In this document: positions 1 to 9,690 of the stretch, in pieces
Layout: every line of letters starts with the position of its first letter
Position numbering within the stretch: position 1 is the stretch's first letter
IMG/VR virus record: IMGVR_UViG_3300014204_013127
DNA length: 64,000 nucleotides
Strand: one strand, 5' to 3'
DNA from: a virus
Taxonomy: Duplodnaviria > Heunggongvirae > Uroviricota > Caudoviricetes
Notes under the pieces: generated by a model
The model's database searches: none
Told to the model about the DNA's origin: nothing
The model's input: only the letters and a program-made list of their open reading frames with translations
Made by a program: the position numbers and the translations under genes

Positions 1-267
1 CGCAAGGGAATTACTTGCCGAGACCGTTACTCAGTAATGGCTTGTGACATGCTTTTTGTCAATCTATTGGGTGCCACAAAGGTTTCCATCGGCACTTGTA
101 TGGAAATTGCCTGGGCTGATATGTTGCGAAAACCTATTGTTCTCGTGATGGAAAAAGAGGGGAATGTTCACGAACATCCTATTATTCAAGAGTGTATTGG
201 GTTTCATGTTCATACTTTGGATGAAGGTATTCACATTGCCGAGGCTGTTCTTTGCACTGGAATTTAA
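1..267 (+). CDS. nucleoside 2-deoxyribosyltransferase-like protein (5' partial; frame open from position 1)
   Basis: No stop codon upstream in this frame within the window. The GTCMEIAWA...KPIVLV segment resembles the NDT/Rcl-family active-site region. This is a weak motif-level call. Confidence 0.35.
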   Translation, partial: RKGITCRDRYSVMACDMLFVNLLGATKVSIGTCMEIAWADMLRKPIVLVMEKEGNVHEHPIIQECIGFHVHTLDEGIHIAEAVLCTGI

Positions 268-417
268 TATGCAACAAAAACGTATTTTTTACATTGACAT
301 TGGTTATATGCCACCAAAGAAAGCCAAGCTTTTGATGCGGCGACTCAAGAAAATTTTGGCCGCTCGTAAAAATCGGTGTGTGCCTTAGAATTTTTTATGA
401 TGAAACTCTTTTAATGC

Positions 418-1821
418 ATGGAAGCATTAAAAACACTAATTAGAAGGGTCAATAAATATCGACCAACAATTGTTGTCATAGGTGATTGTCTCCTTGACGA
501 ATACTACAACGTCGTTGCAGATAAACTCTCTCCCGAGTTTCCTATTGTAAGGATGCTGGGCACTAATGAAAGACCAGATGTAGTTGTTCCTGGTGGTGCT
601 GGAAATCTAGCAAATCAATTTAAATATTTTAACACGGATGTTAAACTCTTTGGATTTTTGGATATAGAAAGTCGTCCACTTTATCAATCCATTGGTGTTG
701 ATATTAGTGGATGTGAGACTTTATCTTCGCCTTCTTTTATTCCACGTAAAAGAAGATTCTATCAAGATAATTTCCCCCTTAGTCGTTGGGATATCGAGGT
801 GCCAAATTATGGATTGCAAGATATTGTGGAATATCAAAAGGATTTACTTGCAGCCTATGATGAAGTATCCGATGTTGCTGTGACAATATATGCTGATTAC
901 AACAAGGGAGTCTTATCAGGGGCTAATAAAACTCAATGGTTCAAAAAAGAACGAGACACAATTAGCATAATTGATCCGAAAAAAGGACCGCTTTGCCTTT
1001 GGAATGGTTGCACAATATTTAAGCCCAATGCTAAAGAAGCAGAAGAATTAAGTCATATTCCTTCTGTGCATTGGCAAAATCAATGCGATTTCTTTCAGCG
1101 GCAATTGGGTTGTATGGCGGTTGTTATTACTCATGGTGGTGATGGCGTTTATGGCAAAGTAATGGAAAAATATTTTGATTATCATTCTCCATATAGCTCG
1201 GACTGTGCATCTGTTATTGGGGCTGGTGATTGTTTTATTTCTGTTCTTGGATTAGCGATGGCCCATGCTTTAGATATTGTGGATGCTGTGCAAATAGCTT
1301 ACGAGGCAGGAGCAGTCTATGTTGGCAAGAAATATAATGAACCCATTTGTTTACAAGAGGTATATGCACGTATTGATCCTGTAGGCAGCAAAATGATCGA
1401 TATACAGTGTTTAAACAATAGGCCATACAAACTGGCGGTTACTAATGGGTGTTTTGATATTTTGCATTTTGGACATATGGAAATTCTTAAATTTGCCAAA
1501 TCGAAAGGAGATAAATTGCTTGTGCTTGTGGATACGGATGAGCAAGTAAAGAGATTTAAGGGCGAAGGCAGACCTGTAAATGATTTGCAAGCCAGGATGC
1601 GAATGCTGGCAGCATTGGAATGCGTAGATTTTGTGATGCCTTTTAATAGTAATGATGAGCTACATGATATTTATGCTCAAATTAAACCCGATGTTTTGGT
1701 AAAGGACAATACTTGGCCCTATATTGTGGGATCGGATGTGGCTAAAGAAGTGGTTGTTTTTCCAAGAGTGGAAGGTTATGCAACAACAAATATAGTGGAA
1801 AAAATTAAAAAATCTACATAG
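418..1821 (+). CDS. hldE: bifunctional D-beta-D-heptose 7-phosphate kinase / heptose 1-phosphate adenylyltransferase (HldE/RfaE)
   Basis: 467 aa. The N-terminal ribokinase/pfkB-like domain has GGAGNLAN and GAGDCF motifs. The C-terminal cytidylyltransferase-like domain has TNGCFDILHFGHMEIL, as in HldE domain II. Confidence 0.8.
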   Translation: MEALKTLIRRVNKYRPTIVVIGDCLLDEYYNVVADKLSPEFPIVRMLGTNERPDVVVPGGAGNLANQFKYFNTDVKLFGFLDIESRPLYQSIGVDISGCETLSSPSFIPRKRRFYQDNFPLSRWDIEVPNYGLQDIVEYQKDLLAAYDEVSDVAVTIYADYNKGVLSGANKTQWFKKERDTISIIDPKKGPLCLWNGCTIFKPNAKEAEELSHIPSVHWQNQCDFFQRQLGCMAVVITHGGDGVYGKVMEKYFDYHSPYSSDCASVIGAGDCFISVLGLAMAHALDIVDAVQIAYEAGAVYVGKKYNEPICLQEVYARIDPVGSKMIDIQCLNNRPYKLAVTNGCFDILHFGHMEILKFAKSKGDKLLVLVDTDEQVKRFKGEGRPVNDLQARMRMLAALECVDFVMPFNSNDELHDIYAQIKPDVLVKDNTWPYIVGSDVAKEVVVFPRVEGYATTNIVEKIKKST

Positions 1822-1828
1822 ATAAGAT

Positions 1829-2071
1829 ATGAAAACATATAAACAATGGTGTGAACAGACTGGAAAAGATGATTTAGCCAATGATTTGGCATTAGCTACG
1901 CAGAATGCTCTTAAGCAAGGCACAAATCCAGAGGCAGACGCAAAGAAAATATTAGCTCAAAAATCTATAGCTGCCCAATCCACAGGTGATTCTGATGCGG
2001 CGGCTAAGGTGGCAAATGCAGCTACTAAATTTAATCAAAATGCCAATGGCAAAAAGATGAAAAAGAAATGA
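1829..2071 (+). CDS. hypothetical Lys/Ala-rich small protein
   Basis: 80-aa ORF packed tightly after hldE; low-complexity basic C-terminus. Confidence 0.35.
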   Translation: MKTYKQWCEQTGKDDLANDLALATQNALKQGTNPEADAKKILAQKSIAAQSTGDSDAAAKVANAATKFNQNANGKKMKKK

Positions 2072-2376
2072 GCTTCAGGTCTTGGTTAGAAGCTGATATG
2101 GCATTGCCACAAGGAGTAGCAGCCGATGTGGCTCAGGTAAAACAAGATGCTGGTGTCAAAGGCACTAAAAATAAAGTGCCGACAAGCCCCATGTCTCCCC
2201 GTGGTCTCGGTGTTCCATTAGAGCCCCCCAAACCCGGTTTCTCCGGTGGTGGAAAATGGAAACTTCCAGATTCTAGTCCTTTATCTTTAGGCACCAAATA
2301 TAAACAGCCCGATCATAGTCCATTTTCTGCAAATAATAAATGGAAATTACGTGGTGCTGGCATAATGGGCAAATAA
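2068..2376 (+). CDS. hypothetical Pro/Gly-rich protein
   Basis: 102-aa ORF whose start overlaps the stop of the previous gene (ATGA); no recognisable domain. Confidence 0.3.
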   Translation: MSFRSWLEADMALPQGVAADVAQVKQDAGVKGTKNKVPTSPMSPRGLGVPLEPPKPGFSGGGKWKLPDSSPLSLGTKYKQPDHSPFSANNKWKLRGAGIMGK

Positions 2377-2584
2377 ATACTCTCTTAGTGTATATGTTTT
2401 ACGCATTATTTAACAAAGGAAACAACAGGTGTCTTATTCATCCTGTAGTGGGATTGTGGGCAACTAACGATCTACAGGAGGCGAAAGACATGTTAGAGGA
2501 CTGTAAAAAATATCTAACATATCAAGGATTACAGAATATAGTTAATGATTTTGTTATTGTCGATGCGGAGACCAAAGCAGAAAT

Positions 2585-3109
2585 ATGACAGATATTACCG
2601 GGAATGATTTGTGCGTTGTAATAGAATGTGAAAATAAACCCATTTATAGCTGGATGGGTTTTGTTTCTTGGTATTCTGTTGTAAAAAATTTGCCAAATGC
2701 AGAGGTAATTGTTGTTTGCAAAAGAAGTAAAGATGAACCATCTAAAGAGTGTTTTACATGGGCAAGACGAGCAAATATTCAATTCTTTTTTTATGAAAAT
2801 TCATACAATTTGAAAACTGACAAGAAGATTGTTATTAAAATCAATTCACATGTTGTAGTGTTGCGGGAATATGATCCGCAGTTACTAGGGCCAGTGGATG
2901 CAAAGAGTGATGTTTTGGCAACATTTATAGATTATTCGGGTGGTTGTGGCAAGTTTGTTATGTCGGAGTGGATAAATAGAGAAGTGGGACTAATTCAAGA
3001 TGTGTCAAAATTTGCGTCCTCTGAAATGTCAATCAATGAGATGAAATTATTGAACCTTTGGGAAAAGTCCTATCAGCTATATGCAAACTTGGAAGGGGGT
3101 ATCAAATGA
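2585..3109 (+). CDS. hypothetical protein
   Basis: 174-aa ORF with no recognisable motif. Confidence 0.4.
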   Translation: MTDITGNDLCVVIECENKPIYSWMGFVSWYSVVKNLPNAEVIVVCKRSKDEPSKECFTWARRANIQFFFYENSYNLKTDKKIVIKINSHVVVLREYDPQLLGPVDAKSDVLATFIDYSGGCGKFVMSEWINREVGLIQDVSKFASSEMSINEMKLLNLWEKSYQLYANLEGGIK

Positions 3110-3375
3110 TGGATTTTGGACACGAGTTTGAAGACGAAAGAGATTTAGAAGGTTATTTTGATATGGAACAAGATCAAAGTGCTGGCGAGTATATTGGTAT
3201 GGCTCATGTGGATTTGATAAACACTAATTTACATCACCAATTGCTCAATACAGCGATTACACTGGCCGCCAGAGATTTTTGGTGGCGATTCCGTTCGCAA
3301 GAATATAGATTAAAAAAAATTACCACTGTTTATCGACATTTAAACAAGCTGGTTGTAGAAGCAAAAGATGATTAA
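3106..3375 (+). CDS. hypothetical acidic protein
   Basis: ATG at 3106 overlaps the upstream stop (ATGATGG). The ORF track proposes an earlier alternative start at 3058. Confidence 0.35.
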   Translation: MMDFGHEFEDERDLEGYFDMEQDQSAGEYIGMAHVDLINTNLHHQLLNTAITLAARDFWWRFRSQEYRLKKITTVYRHLNKLVVEAKDD

Positions 3376-3404
3376 AATCATTAATTCAAAATAGAAAGAA
3401 AAAA

Positions 3405-3752
3405 ATGCCCCTTTATGATTTTCATTGTATAGATTGTGATTGTGATTATGAGGAATTCGCTCCTTGGAATAAAAGTAACGAATATCCAGATGTAGTTTGT
3501 CCCACATGTGGTTCACATAAAAAAGAAAAATTATTCACGGGAGTGAGAGCAGAGGCTATTTTTGTGAATCCCGAAGGCACCAGGAAATGGAACGATGGTC
3601 AAATGGGACATGATTATCGTTTTAAGCACATGCAGCCTAAAGTAAAACAAGAGCGGGAAAATGCAGAGAAAATGTCGCATATGGGCAAAGATGTTTACAT
3701 ACATCATGATGACATTTCTTCTGGGAAAAATTTCAATCCTAATAATTGGTAA
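3405..3752 (+). CDS. FmdB-family zinc-ribbon protein
   Basis: Begins MPLYDFHCIDCDCDYEEF and continues to CPTCGS, the typical FmdB CxxC...CxxC N-terminal zinc ribbon. Confidence 0.55.
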   Translation: MPLYDFHCIDCDCDYEEFAPWNKSNEYPDVVCPTCGSHKKEKLFTGVRAEAIFVNPEGTRKWNDGQMGHDYRFKHMQPKVKQERENAEKMSHMGKDVYIHHDDISSGKNFNPNNW

Positions 3753-3755
3753 AAT

Positions 3756-4769
3756 ATGGACAGAACAATACTTAGCATTATGATTTTGATGTTGGTCTTG
3801 GCTACTGTCTATGCTTTTTATCACACTCGGCACACAACAGTTGTTCCTTTACCACCACCAGTGCCAACTACACCTGTGGATGTTGCTTTGCAAACAATCA
3901 CAGTAGGTCAAATTAAAGAATATGTTGAAACATTGTCTGATTTAAACAAATTTGATGGCAGAGGTGCTGGAACACCTGGGAACGATGCAGCATGTAAGTA
4001 TATTTCTGATATATTTACATCTTGGGGGTATGAGGTTGAATTGCAACAATTTACTTTTGGTGATCGTCAAACCAACAATATTATGGCATCGATCAAAGGC
4101 AAAAATGACGATGAAGTGGTAGTTGTTGGTGCCCATTACGATGGGCAAGGACCAAACCACCCCAGTGCTGATGATAACGCCTCAGGTACGTCGGTAGTTT
4201 TGGCTGTTGCCAAAGCATTCACTCTTTTAAACAGCGAATTAAATCGCACTGTTGTTTTTCAATTATATTCTGCCGAAGAGTATGGGCTAATTGGATCGAA
4301 TTATTATTGCCAACATCCTCTTTTCCCCAAAGGAAATCCCGACATAAAGAAGCATGTTTTTATGTTGAATATGGATATGGTTGGTTATTGGCAAAGAATG
4401 GTGCGTTTTAATTTGCTGATGCCAAATGACCCAACTCCCGATGTAAAAACATTGATTGAGAATTTATCTAAAAAATATCCATTTGCCAGCACAATTACTC
4501 ATCGAGATAATGCCCCCACTGACAATGCCTCTTTTTGCAATGCAGGGGTGCCAGTGGCATATTTGCACACAGGCATACATAAAAATTATCACCAACCTAC
4601 AGATACTCCAGAGAAATTAAATTATGAGGGGTTGGAAAACATAGCAAAATATGTTGTAGAATTTCTTTTGGCAGTAGATCAAGCTGAGAAGCCAATGCAA
4701 CTTAGGAGCGATTTTGTGCCTCTTGAAATTGAAAAAGATCACGGCGAAGCACCATTTTTTCAGCTTTAA
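3756..4769 (+). CDS. M28-family zinc aminopeptidase with N-terminal TM/signal segment
   Basis: Contains VVVVGAHYDGQG, DDNASGTSVVL and EEYGLIGS, which are conserved M28 metal-binding blocks. N-terminus is hydrophobic. Confidence 0.7.
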   Translation: MDRTILSIMILMLVLATVYAFYHTRHTTVVPLPPPVPTTPVDVALQTITVGQIKEYVETLSDLNKFDGRGAGTPGNDAACKYISDIFTSWGYEVELQQFTFGDRQTNNIMASIKGKNDDEVVVVGAHYDGQGPNHPSADDNASGTSVVLAVAKAFTLLNSELNRTVVFQLYSAEEYGLIGSNYYCQHPLFPKGNPDIKKHVFMLNMDMVGYWQRMVRFNLLMPNDPTPDVKTLIENLSKKYPFASTITHRDNAPTDNASFCNAGVPVAYLHTGIHKNYHQPTDTPEKLNYEGLENIAKYVVEFLLAVDQAEKPMQLRSDFVPLEIEKDHGEAPFFQL

Positions 4770-4781
4770 TGTTTTTTCTTC

Positions 4782-4810
4782 TTGACATATTGTTCTGAAT
4801 GGTTTATGTT
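4782..4810 (+). promoter_or_regulatory. sigma70-like promoter (TTGACA-17-TATGTT) upstream of prkA
   Basis: TTGACA at 4782-4787, a 17-nt spacer, then TATGTT at 4805-4810. About 100 nt of leader precede the ATG at 4915. Confidence 0.4.
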
Positions 4811-4914
4811 ATCTTTATGCAAATAAAAAATATTTGCAAGCAGGGCTTGTTTTGAGTGAAGAAATACAATATACTAACATAAACAACCTATTTAAAGGGA
4901 AGTGAAAGCAAAGC

Positions 4915-6990
4915 ATGGACACCAAATTAGAACAACTCGCCAATTTGTTTGATCGGAAGCAATTCAAAGTGCTTCATGAGGAAATTAGTTTTGCCGAATA
5001 TCTGGAAAGGTGCTATAAGACCCCCAGACTTATTCGTACCGCTTATCAACGATTGTATGATATGATAATGAGCGAAGGCACAAAGACTTTCAAGCGGTAC
5101 AGAAAAACTCACACTCATTATTGTTTCTTCGACAATACTGAAATTCCTATTTTCGGATTGGATGAAACTCTTGAGAGTTTGGTCAAATTCATCCGTGGTG
5201 CTGCTGGCGGATATGGTACAGAAAAGCGTGTGTTGCTTTTGCATGGTCCTGTGGGTTCTTCCAAATCCACTATTTGCCGATGCATCAAACGTGGTATGGA
5301 ATATTACAGCAATACCGAAGATGGCATTTGGTATACCTTCAAATGGGTGAATTTGCCCACGGGGAAAGATGGTATTTATACGCATCCCGAAGATGATTGC
5401 CCAATGCATGAAGAGCCACTTAAGTTGCTTCCCCTAGAATTGCGAAAGCGAGTGGTGGATGATTTGAATGAAGTGTTGAAAAACAACACTCCAGAAAATG
5501 AACGCACGCAGCTTTATACACTTCGCTGCGACAATGAATTAGACCCTCGTTGCAAAAAGTTTATGAATGAGTTGTTGCAAAAATATGAGGGTGATTGGGG
5601 CAAAGTCATCAAGGAGCACATTCGTGTTGTTCGCAAGGTTTATTCTGAGCCCGACCGTATGGGCATTGCTACCTTCCAGCCCAAAGATGAAAAAAATCAA
5701 GATTCGACGGAATTGACCGGCGACATTAATTATGCCAAACTCCCGCATTTTGGTTCAGATTCTGATCCTCGGGCGTTCAATTTCGATGGCGAATTTTGCA
5801 TCGGCAACAGGGGCGTAGTGGAATTCATCGAAGTTCTCAAGTTGGCCAAAGAATTCCTCTACGACCTGTTGGGTGCCTCTCAAGAACAACAAATCAAGCC
5901 CAAGAAGTTTGCTCAAATTTCTGTTGATACGGTTTTGATTGGACATACTAATAATCCTGAATTTGAAAAACTTCGATCTGATAATACGATGGAAGCGTTG
6001 AGAGATCGTACTGTTCGCATCGATGTTCCTTATTTGCTTCGATGGGGTGAAGAGTTGGCAATCTTGGAGCATTATTATGGGACGGGAAAAGTCAAGCAAC
6101 ACGTTGCTCCTCACACTTTGGAAATCGCTGCATTGTGGACAATTCTAACCCGCTTGCAGGATGATAAAGAGGGTAAACTATCGCTGGTTGATAAAGCAAA
6201 ATTGCTTGATGGCCGCAGCTTGCCTGGATATACGGAAGATACCGTCAAGGAATTGCGGGACAAATATCCTACAGAAGGAATGTCTGGTGTGTCCTGCCGT
6301 TATACCCAAGATAAGATTTCCAACTGCCTAGCTGCCCGACACGATTATATCAACCAATTTATGGTTTTGAATGAAATCAAGGAAGGGCTAGATCAATCCT
6401 CTCTTATCACGAACAAAGAGGATGTGGCAAAATATATTAAATGTGTGGATGCCGTCAGAAAGGAATTGGATGATATCTTGAAAAATGAAGTCCAAAAAGC
6501 CCTTGTTGGCGACGAAGATGCCATTATCCGTCTTTGCACAAATTATATTGATAATGTGCGAGCTTATATCAATAAGGTCAAAGTTATCAATCAAATTACC
6601 GGCGAAGATATGGAGCCCAACGAACGGCTCATGAGAAGCATCGAAGAAAAGATTGACATTCCCGAAGCGGGAGTGGATGAATTCCGCCGTGGTATTGCTG
6701 CTTTCATCGGCAGTCTTTCCATTGAAGGAAAAGTTTTCCGATGGGACTCTAATGCCAAGCTGAAAAAGGCGTTGGAAATGAAGCTCTTTGAAGACACCAA
6801 GGACCATATTAAATTGAGTGCCTTGGACATTCGGGGCAGTTCGGTAGTAGACCCCGACATTCAACAAAAAATTGACGCTATCAAACAGCGTCTTATCAAA
6901 CAGTATGGATATAATGAACAATCTGCAACGGATGTTCTGGCTCACGTCGGCAGCATCTTCAGTCGTGGAGATGTGAGCGATGACGAGTAA
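4915..6990 (+). CDS. prkA: PrkA/YeaG-family serine protein kinase (AAA+ N-domain plus kinase domain)
   Basis: 691 aa. Walker A LLLHGPVGSSKST matches the YeaG ILYLLGPVGGGKSS region. Overall length and architecture fit PrkA/YeaG. Confidence 0.8.
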   Translation: MDTKLEQLANLFDRKQFKVLHEEISFAEYLERCYKTPRLIRTAYQRLYDMIMSEGTKTFKRYRKTHTHYCFFDNTEIPIFGLDETLESLVKFIRGAAGGYGTEKRVLLLHGPVGSSKSTICRCIKRGMEYYSNTEDGIWYTFKWVNLPTGKDGIYTHPEDDCPMHEEPLKLLPLELRKRVVDDLNEVLKNNTPENERTQLYTLRCDNELDPRCKKFMNELLQKYEGDWGKVIKEHIRVVRKVYSEPDRMGIATFQPKDEKNQDSTELTGDINYAKLPHFGSDSDPRAFNFDGEFCIGNRGVVEFIEVLKLAKEFLYDLLGASQEQQIKPKKFAQISVDTVLIGHTNNPEFEKLRSDNTMEALRDRTVRIDVPYLLRWGEELAILEHYYGTGKVKQHVAPHTLEIAALWTILTRLQDDKEGKLSLVDKAKLLDGRSLPGYTEDTVKELRDKYPTEGMSGVSCRYTQDKISNCLAARHDYINQFMVLNEIKEGLDQSSLITNKEDVAKYIKCVDAVRKELDDILKNEVQKALVGDEDAIIRLCTNYIDNVRAYINKVKVINQITGEDMEPNERLMRSIEEKIDIPEAGVDEFRRGIAAFIGSLSIEGKVFRWDSNAKLKKALEMKLFEDTKDHIKLSALDIRGSSVVDPDIQQKIDAIKQRLIKQYGYNEQSATDVLAHVGSIFSRGDVSDDE

Positions 6991-7208
6991 AAAGCTAACC
7001 ATCAATCAGGATAGATGGTTGAAGGCAGAGTTTTCCACTTTGGTGAAATATGTGGCGTGGAAAACTGGCATATTACAACAAGTTTTGATAAAATATGTTG
7101 TTGCTGCTGGCCAGTATTACAAAGATAAATATGGTTTTTACAAAGATAAAATTGTTGTTTTTGTAAAGAGAGTTTTGTGGAATATTTTTAAAAAAAGACT
7201 ACAAAATA

Positions 7209-7712
7209 ATGGACAATGAAAATATAGAAGTTAAACGCCCCTCCGAGTTTGCTTTGGAAATAGCGGCTACTGCGTGGTGTAAGCCCGCAACTGAAATGAA
7301 AGCGATGGACCCTACTCTGGCAACAGCTTTTGCGGAGATTGTTGATGAAATAATATCTGTGGAACGGTGTGTGTCGAAAGATACTGTGAAACATCAAAAG
7401 CGTTTGATTTTGATGTTGGAAGACAAAGTAAAAACCCTTCGGCAGCAGACATGGATAGATGAAGCCACGATATGTGGTTTGCTCCAAGAACTTGCCGATG
7501 AACGTGCCCAGAATCAAATGGAGTATATAGTGAATAAGATTGATGAGTATTTGGATGAATATAGGGAAATTTACGGCAAGTCTATCAGTGGCAAAGAAGT
7601 GATGAATCATGTGGCACACGAGATAGTTGGTTTTGAATATTTGCACCGGCTCACGTCGCTAATGAGTATGGATGAAATGCCGCATTTTTCATATACAACG
7701 GAAGACGAATAA
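7209..7712 (+). CDS. hypothetical acidic protein
   Basis: 167-aa ORF with no recognisable motif. Confidence 0.4.
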   Translation: MDNENIEVKRPSEFALEIAATAWCKPATEMKAMDPTLATAFAEIVDEIISVERCVSKDTVKHQKRLILMLEDKVKTLRQQTWIDEATICGLLQELADERAQNQMEYIVNKIDEYLDEYREIYGKSISGKEVMNHVAHEIVGFEYLHRLTSLMSMDEMPHFSYTTEDE

Positions 7713-7894
7713 TGCTGTTTATATTGCTTATGATGTTTTTTGTGTGGTGTTGGTGGCTATGGGTGCCTTCTACAATTTTGTTTATTGTTTTGGCCGCTGT
7801 TAGCAAACATGCAGAGTGGTTGTGGGGCATACCTGTTGCCATTATTATTGAGGAAATTTGGTGGATTGCATACTTTAGTGAACACGTAAAATAA
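7712..7894 (+). CDS. small two-TM membrane protein (Trp-rich)
   Basis: 60-aa ORF with two hydrophobic helices; start overlaps the upstream stop. Confidence 0.3.
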   Translation: MLFILLMMFFVWCWWLWVPSTILFIVLAAVSKHAEWLWGIPVAIIIEEIWWIAYFSEHVK

Positions 7895-8610
7895 TGACAA
7901 CAAGATTTAGTCCAACCCCCAGTGGTAGACTTCACTTGGGGCATTTATATTTAGCATTGATAAACTATCATACCGCTGCCAGAGAGGGCGGCAGATTCAT
8001 AGTTAGGTTTGATGATCTGGATTTTCCAGAGTTGCAATCCTTGGGCAGAGATAAAGTCAATGAATTTTGTGAGACCATAAAGGAAGAGTTTTCTTGGATG
8101 GGTATGAAAGTTGATTTGTATTCTCATACTGCTAAAGAGCATGAAACAAATCTGCAATATTTGTCTGGTGTTCCTGGGTTGGAAAAGGATGATGGAATTA
8201 AATGGTCTCGCCCCTTTGTCAGAAATGAGGATAGGCCCTACCCATTTATTCCCCTAATCACAGCCATCAAGGTTGTGCAAGATCATCGTGAGGGATGTAA
8301 TATAATTATTCGTGGAGAGGACTTAGTATCGGAATCCAGTCTTTATTATTACTTCTGTCGATTGTTGGGGTTTGTTCCTCCAAAGCTATGTTATATACCT
8401 AAATTAATTCAACGAGATGGTCAAGACCTTTCCGATATGTCGAAGACCAGGGGCAATTTCAAGATTAAGGATTATCGTGAAAGAGGCTATGCCCCCCAGG
8501 ATGTTTTGAATTTATTGGCTGAGGCTTGTTTGGAGAAGTCTGACGGGGGTTGGTATGTGGAAAACACAAAGAAAAACCCTGTCTTAGACAAGCCTTACTG
8601 GGAACAATAA
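7894..8610 (+). CDS. truncated class-I GluRS catalytic-core protein (glutamyl-Q tRNA(Asp) synthetase-like)
   Basis: FSPTPSGRLHLGHL is a HIGH-type motif. RFIVRFDDLD, IIIRGEDL and the KMSKS-like DMSKTRG parallel the E. coli GluQ-RS (YadB) blocks. Only 238 aa. Confidence 0.5.
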   Translation: MTTRFSPTPSGRLHLGHLYLALINYHTAAREGGRFIVRFDDLDFPELQSLGRDKVNEFCETIKEEFSWMGMKVDLYSHTAKEHETNLQYLSGVPGLEKDDGIKWSRPFVRNEDRPYPFIPLITAIKVVQDHREGCNIIIRGEDLVSESSLYYYFCRLLGFVPPKLCYIPKLIQRDGQDLSDMSKTRGNFKIKDYRERGYAPQDVLNLLAEACLEKSDGGWYVENTKKNPVLDKPYWEQ

Positions 8611-9644
8611 TGAGCGTCATAGTTTTAGGATACAATAGCACAGATTATGGCAAGGATGATTTTGCAAGGTTTGCCGAATGTGAAATCGAAGCAGTGTGGT
8701 ATTATAATTATTGGTGGGAAACAGAGCCATTTCCTGGCAAATATAATTTTGACAGATTGTTAGAAGCAGAAGACTTAGCCAGGGCTAATGGTGTTAAAAT
8801 GTATGTCCACACTCCGGTGGGCACACCTCTATGGGCAGACCCTTCTTGGTATTTGCTCAATCAATATGGACAGGGCAATGATTTCTCGAAAGCGTTGGCA
8901 AGTTATAACCCTGCATTAAAAGATTTAAATGAGCAATTTTTCCCTTGGGGGAATGAATTGGGGCTGAGATTAGTCAATAGGTTTTTTAGTTATTGGCATG
9001 CCCAGGCTGAGAGCTATACGCAAAATTATATTGGGGTAGTAAAGAATACTTTTAAACATGCTATTACTGTTGGCAGCTTGGGTTGTTGGGGGGAATATTT
9101 TTTTCCATCGCCTCATTTTTATCAATTTATGGGCATAAAAGATTCCCCTTGGTGGTATGATATAAATGCCACATATAATTGGGTAACATCAGGATTGACC
9201 AGAGAAGATTGGTGCCGAAAAGAATTGTTGCGAGTATTAAAAGAACGCATGTTGTTAGGTGGTGAGAATTGGGTTCTTTTAGTTCCATATTGGAAGGATT
9301 GGGACAATTTTCAATTTGGCAATGATGGGTTTCAAGATATATACAAGGACAAGTCTCTCAACTTGAAATCTATTCTTTTGAGTGTGTTTCCCAATTATGT
9401 GAATTTGGTTTCTCCTCACGCAAAATTAAGTCCTACATATGGTGGTGCGGGCGGTGCAGAAGGAGTTGCAGTCAACGCTCTTGCCGCACAAAAACTTGGT
9501 TTGGCAGGACTGTTTTGTGGATTGCTGGGAGGATCGTCAACTGGTAGTGGTTCTGGTTTAATCAAGAAAACAGAGCCCTGGATGTTTGAAAATGTCAAAA
9601 AGGCCGTGTGGATTTTTAAGCATTTAAAAATTTTGATGTATTGA
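8610..9644 (+). CDS. putative TIM-barrel glycoside hydrolase-like protein (GH42/GH35/GH14-like signature) with Gly-rich C-terminus
   Basis: YWWETEPFPGKYNFDRLLEAEDLARANGVKMYV resembles the W..EP.EG.YDF block of clan GH-A glycosidases. ATG at 8610 overlaps the upstream stop (TAATG). Confidence 0.3.
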   Translation: MSVIVLGYNSTDYGKDDFARFAECEIEAVWYYNYWWETEPFPGKYNFDRLLEAEDLARANGVKMYVHTPVGTPLWADPSWYLLNQYGQGNDFSKALASYNPALKDLNEQFFPWGNELGLRLVNRFFSYWHAQAESYTQNYIGVVKNTFKHAITVGSLGCWGEYFFPSPHFYQFMGIKDSPWWYDINATYNWVTSGLTREDWCRKELLRVLKERMLLGGENWVLLVPYWKDWDNFQFGNDGFQDIYKDKSLNLKSILLSVFPNYVNLVSPHAKLSPTYGGAGGAEGVAVNALAAQKLGLAGLFCGLLGGSSTGSGSGLIKKTEPWMFENVKKAVWIFKHLKILMY

Positions 9645-9690
9645 TTAGGTGCAGGGATTTTGATACAATAGCATCATCAAGGAACTAATT

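Noticed and set aside
4927-7005. Long antisense or alternative-frame ORFs inside prkA (4927-5409 -, 5755-6114 -, 6388-7005 -), and similar ones inside other large genes (24640-25362 -, 26531-27205 -, 37939-38166 -)
   Set aside because: Each lies wholly within a well-supported, motif-bearing gene on the other strand or frame. They have low-complexity, hydrophobic-biased translations typical of antisense frames in AT-rich DNA.
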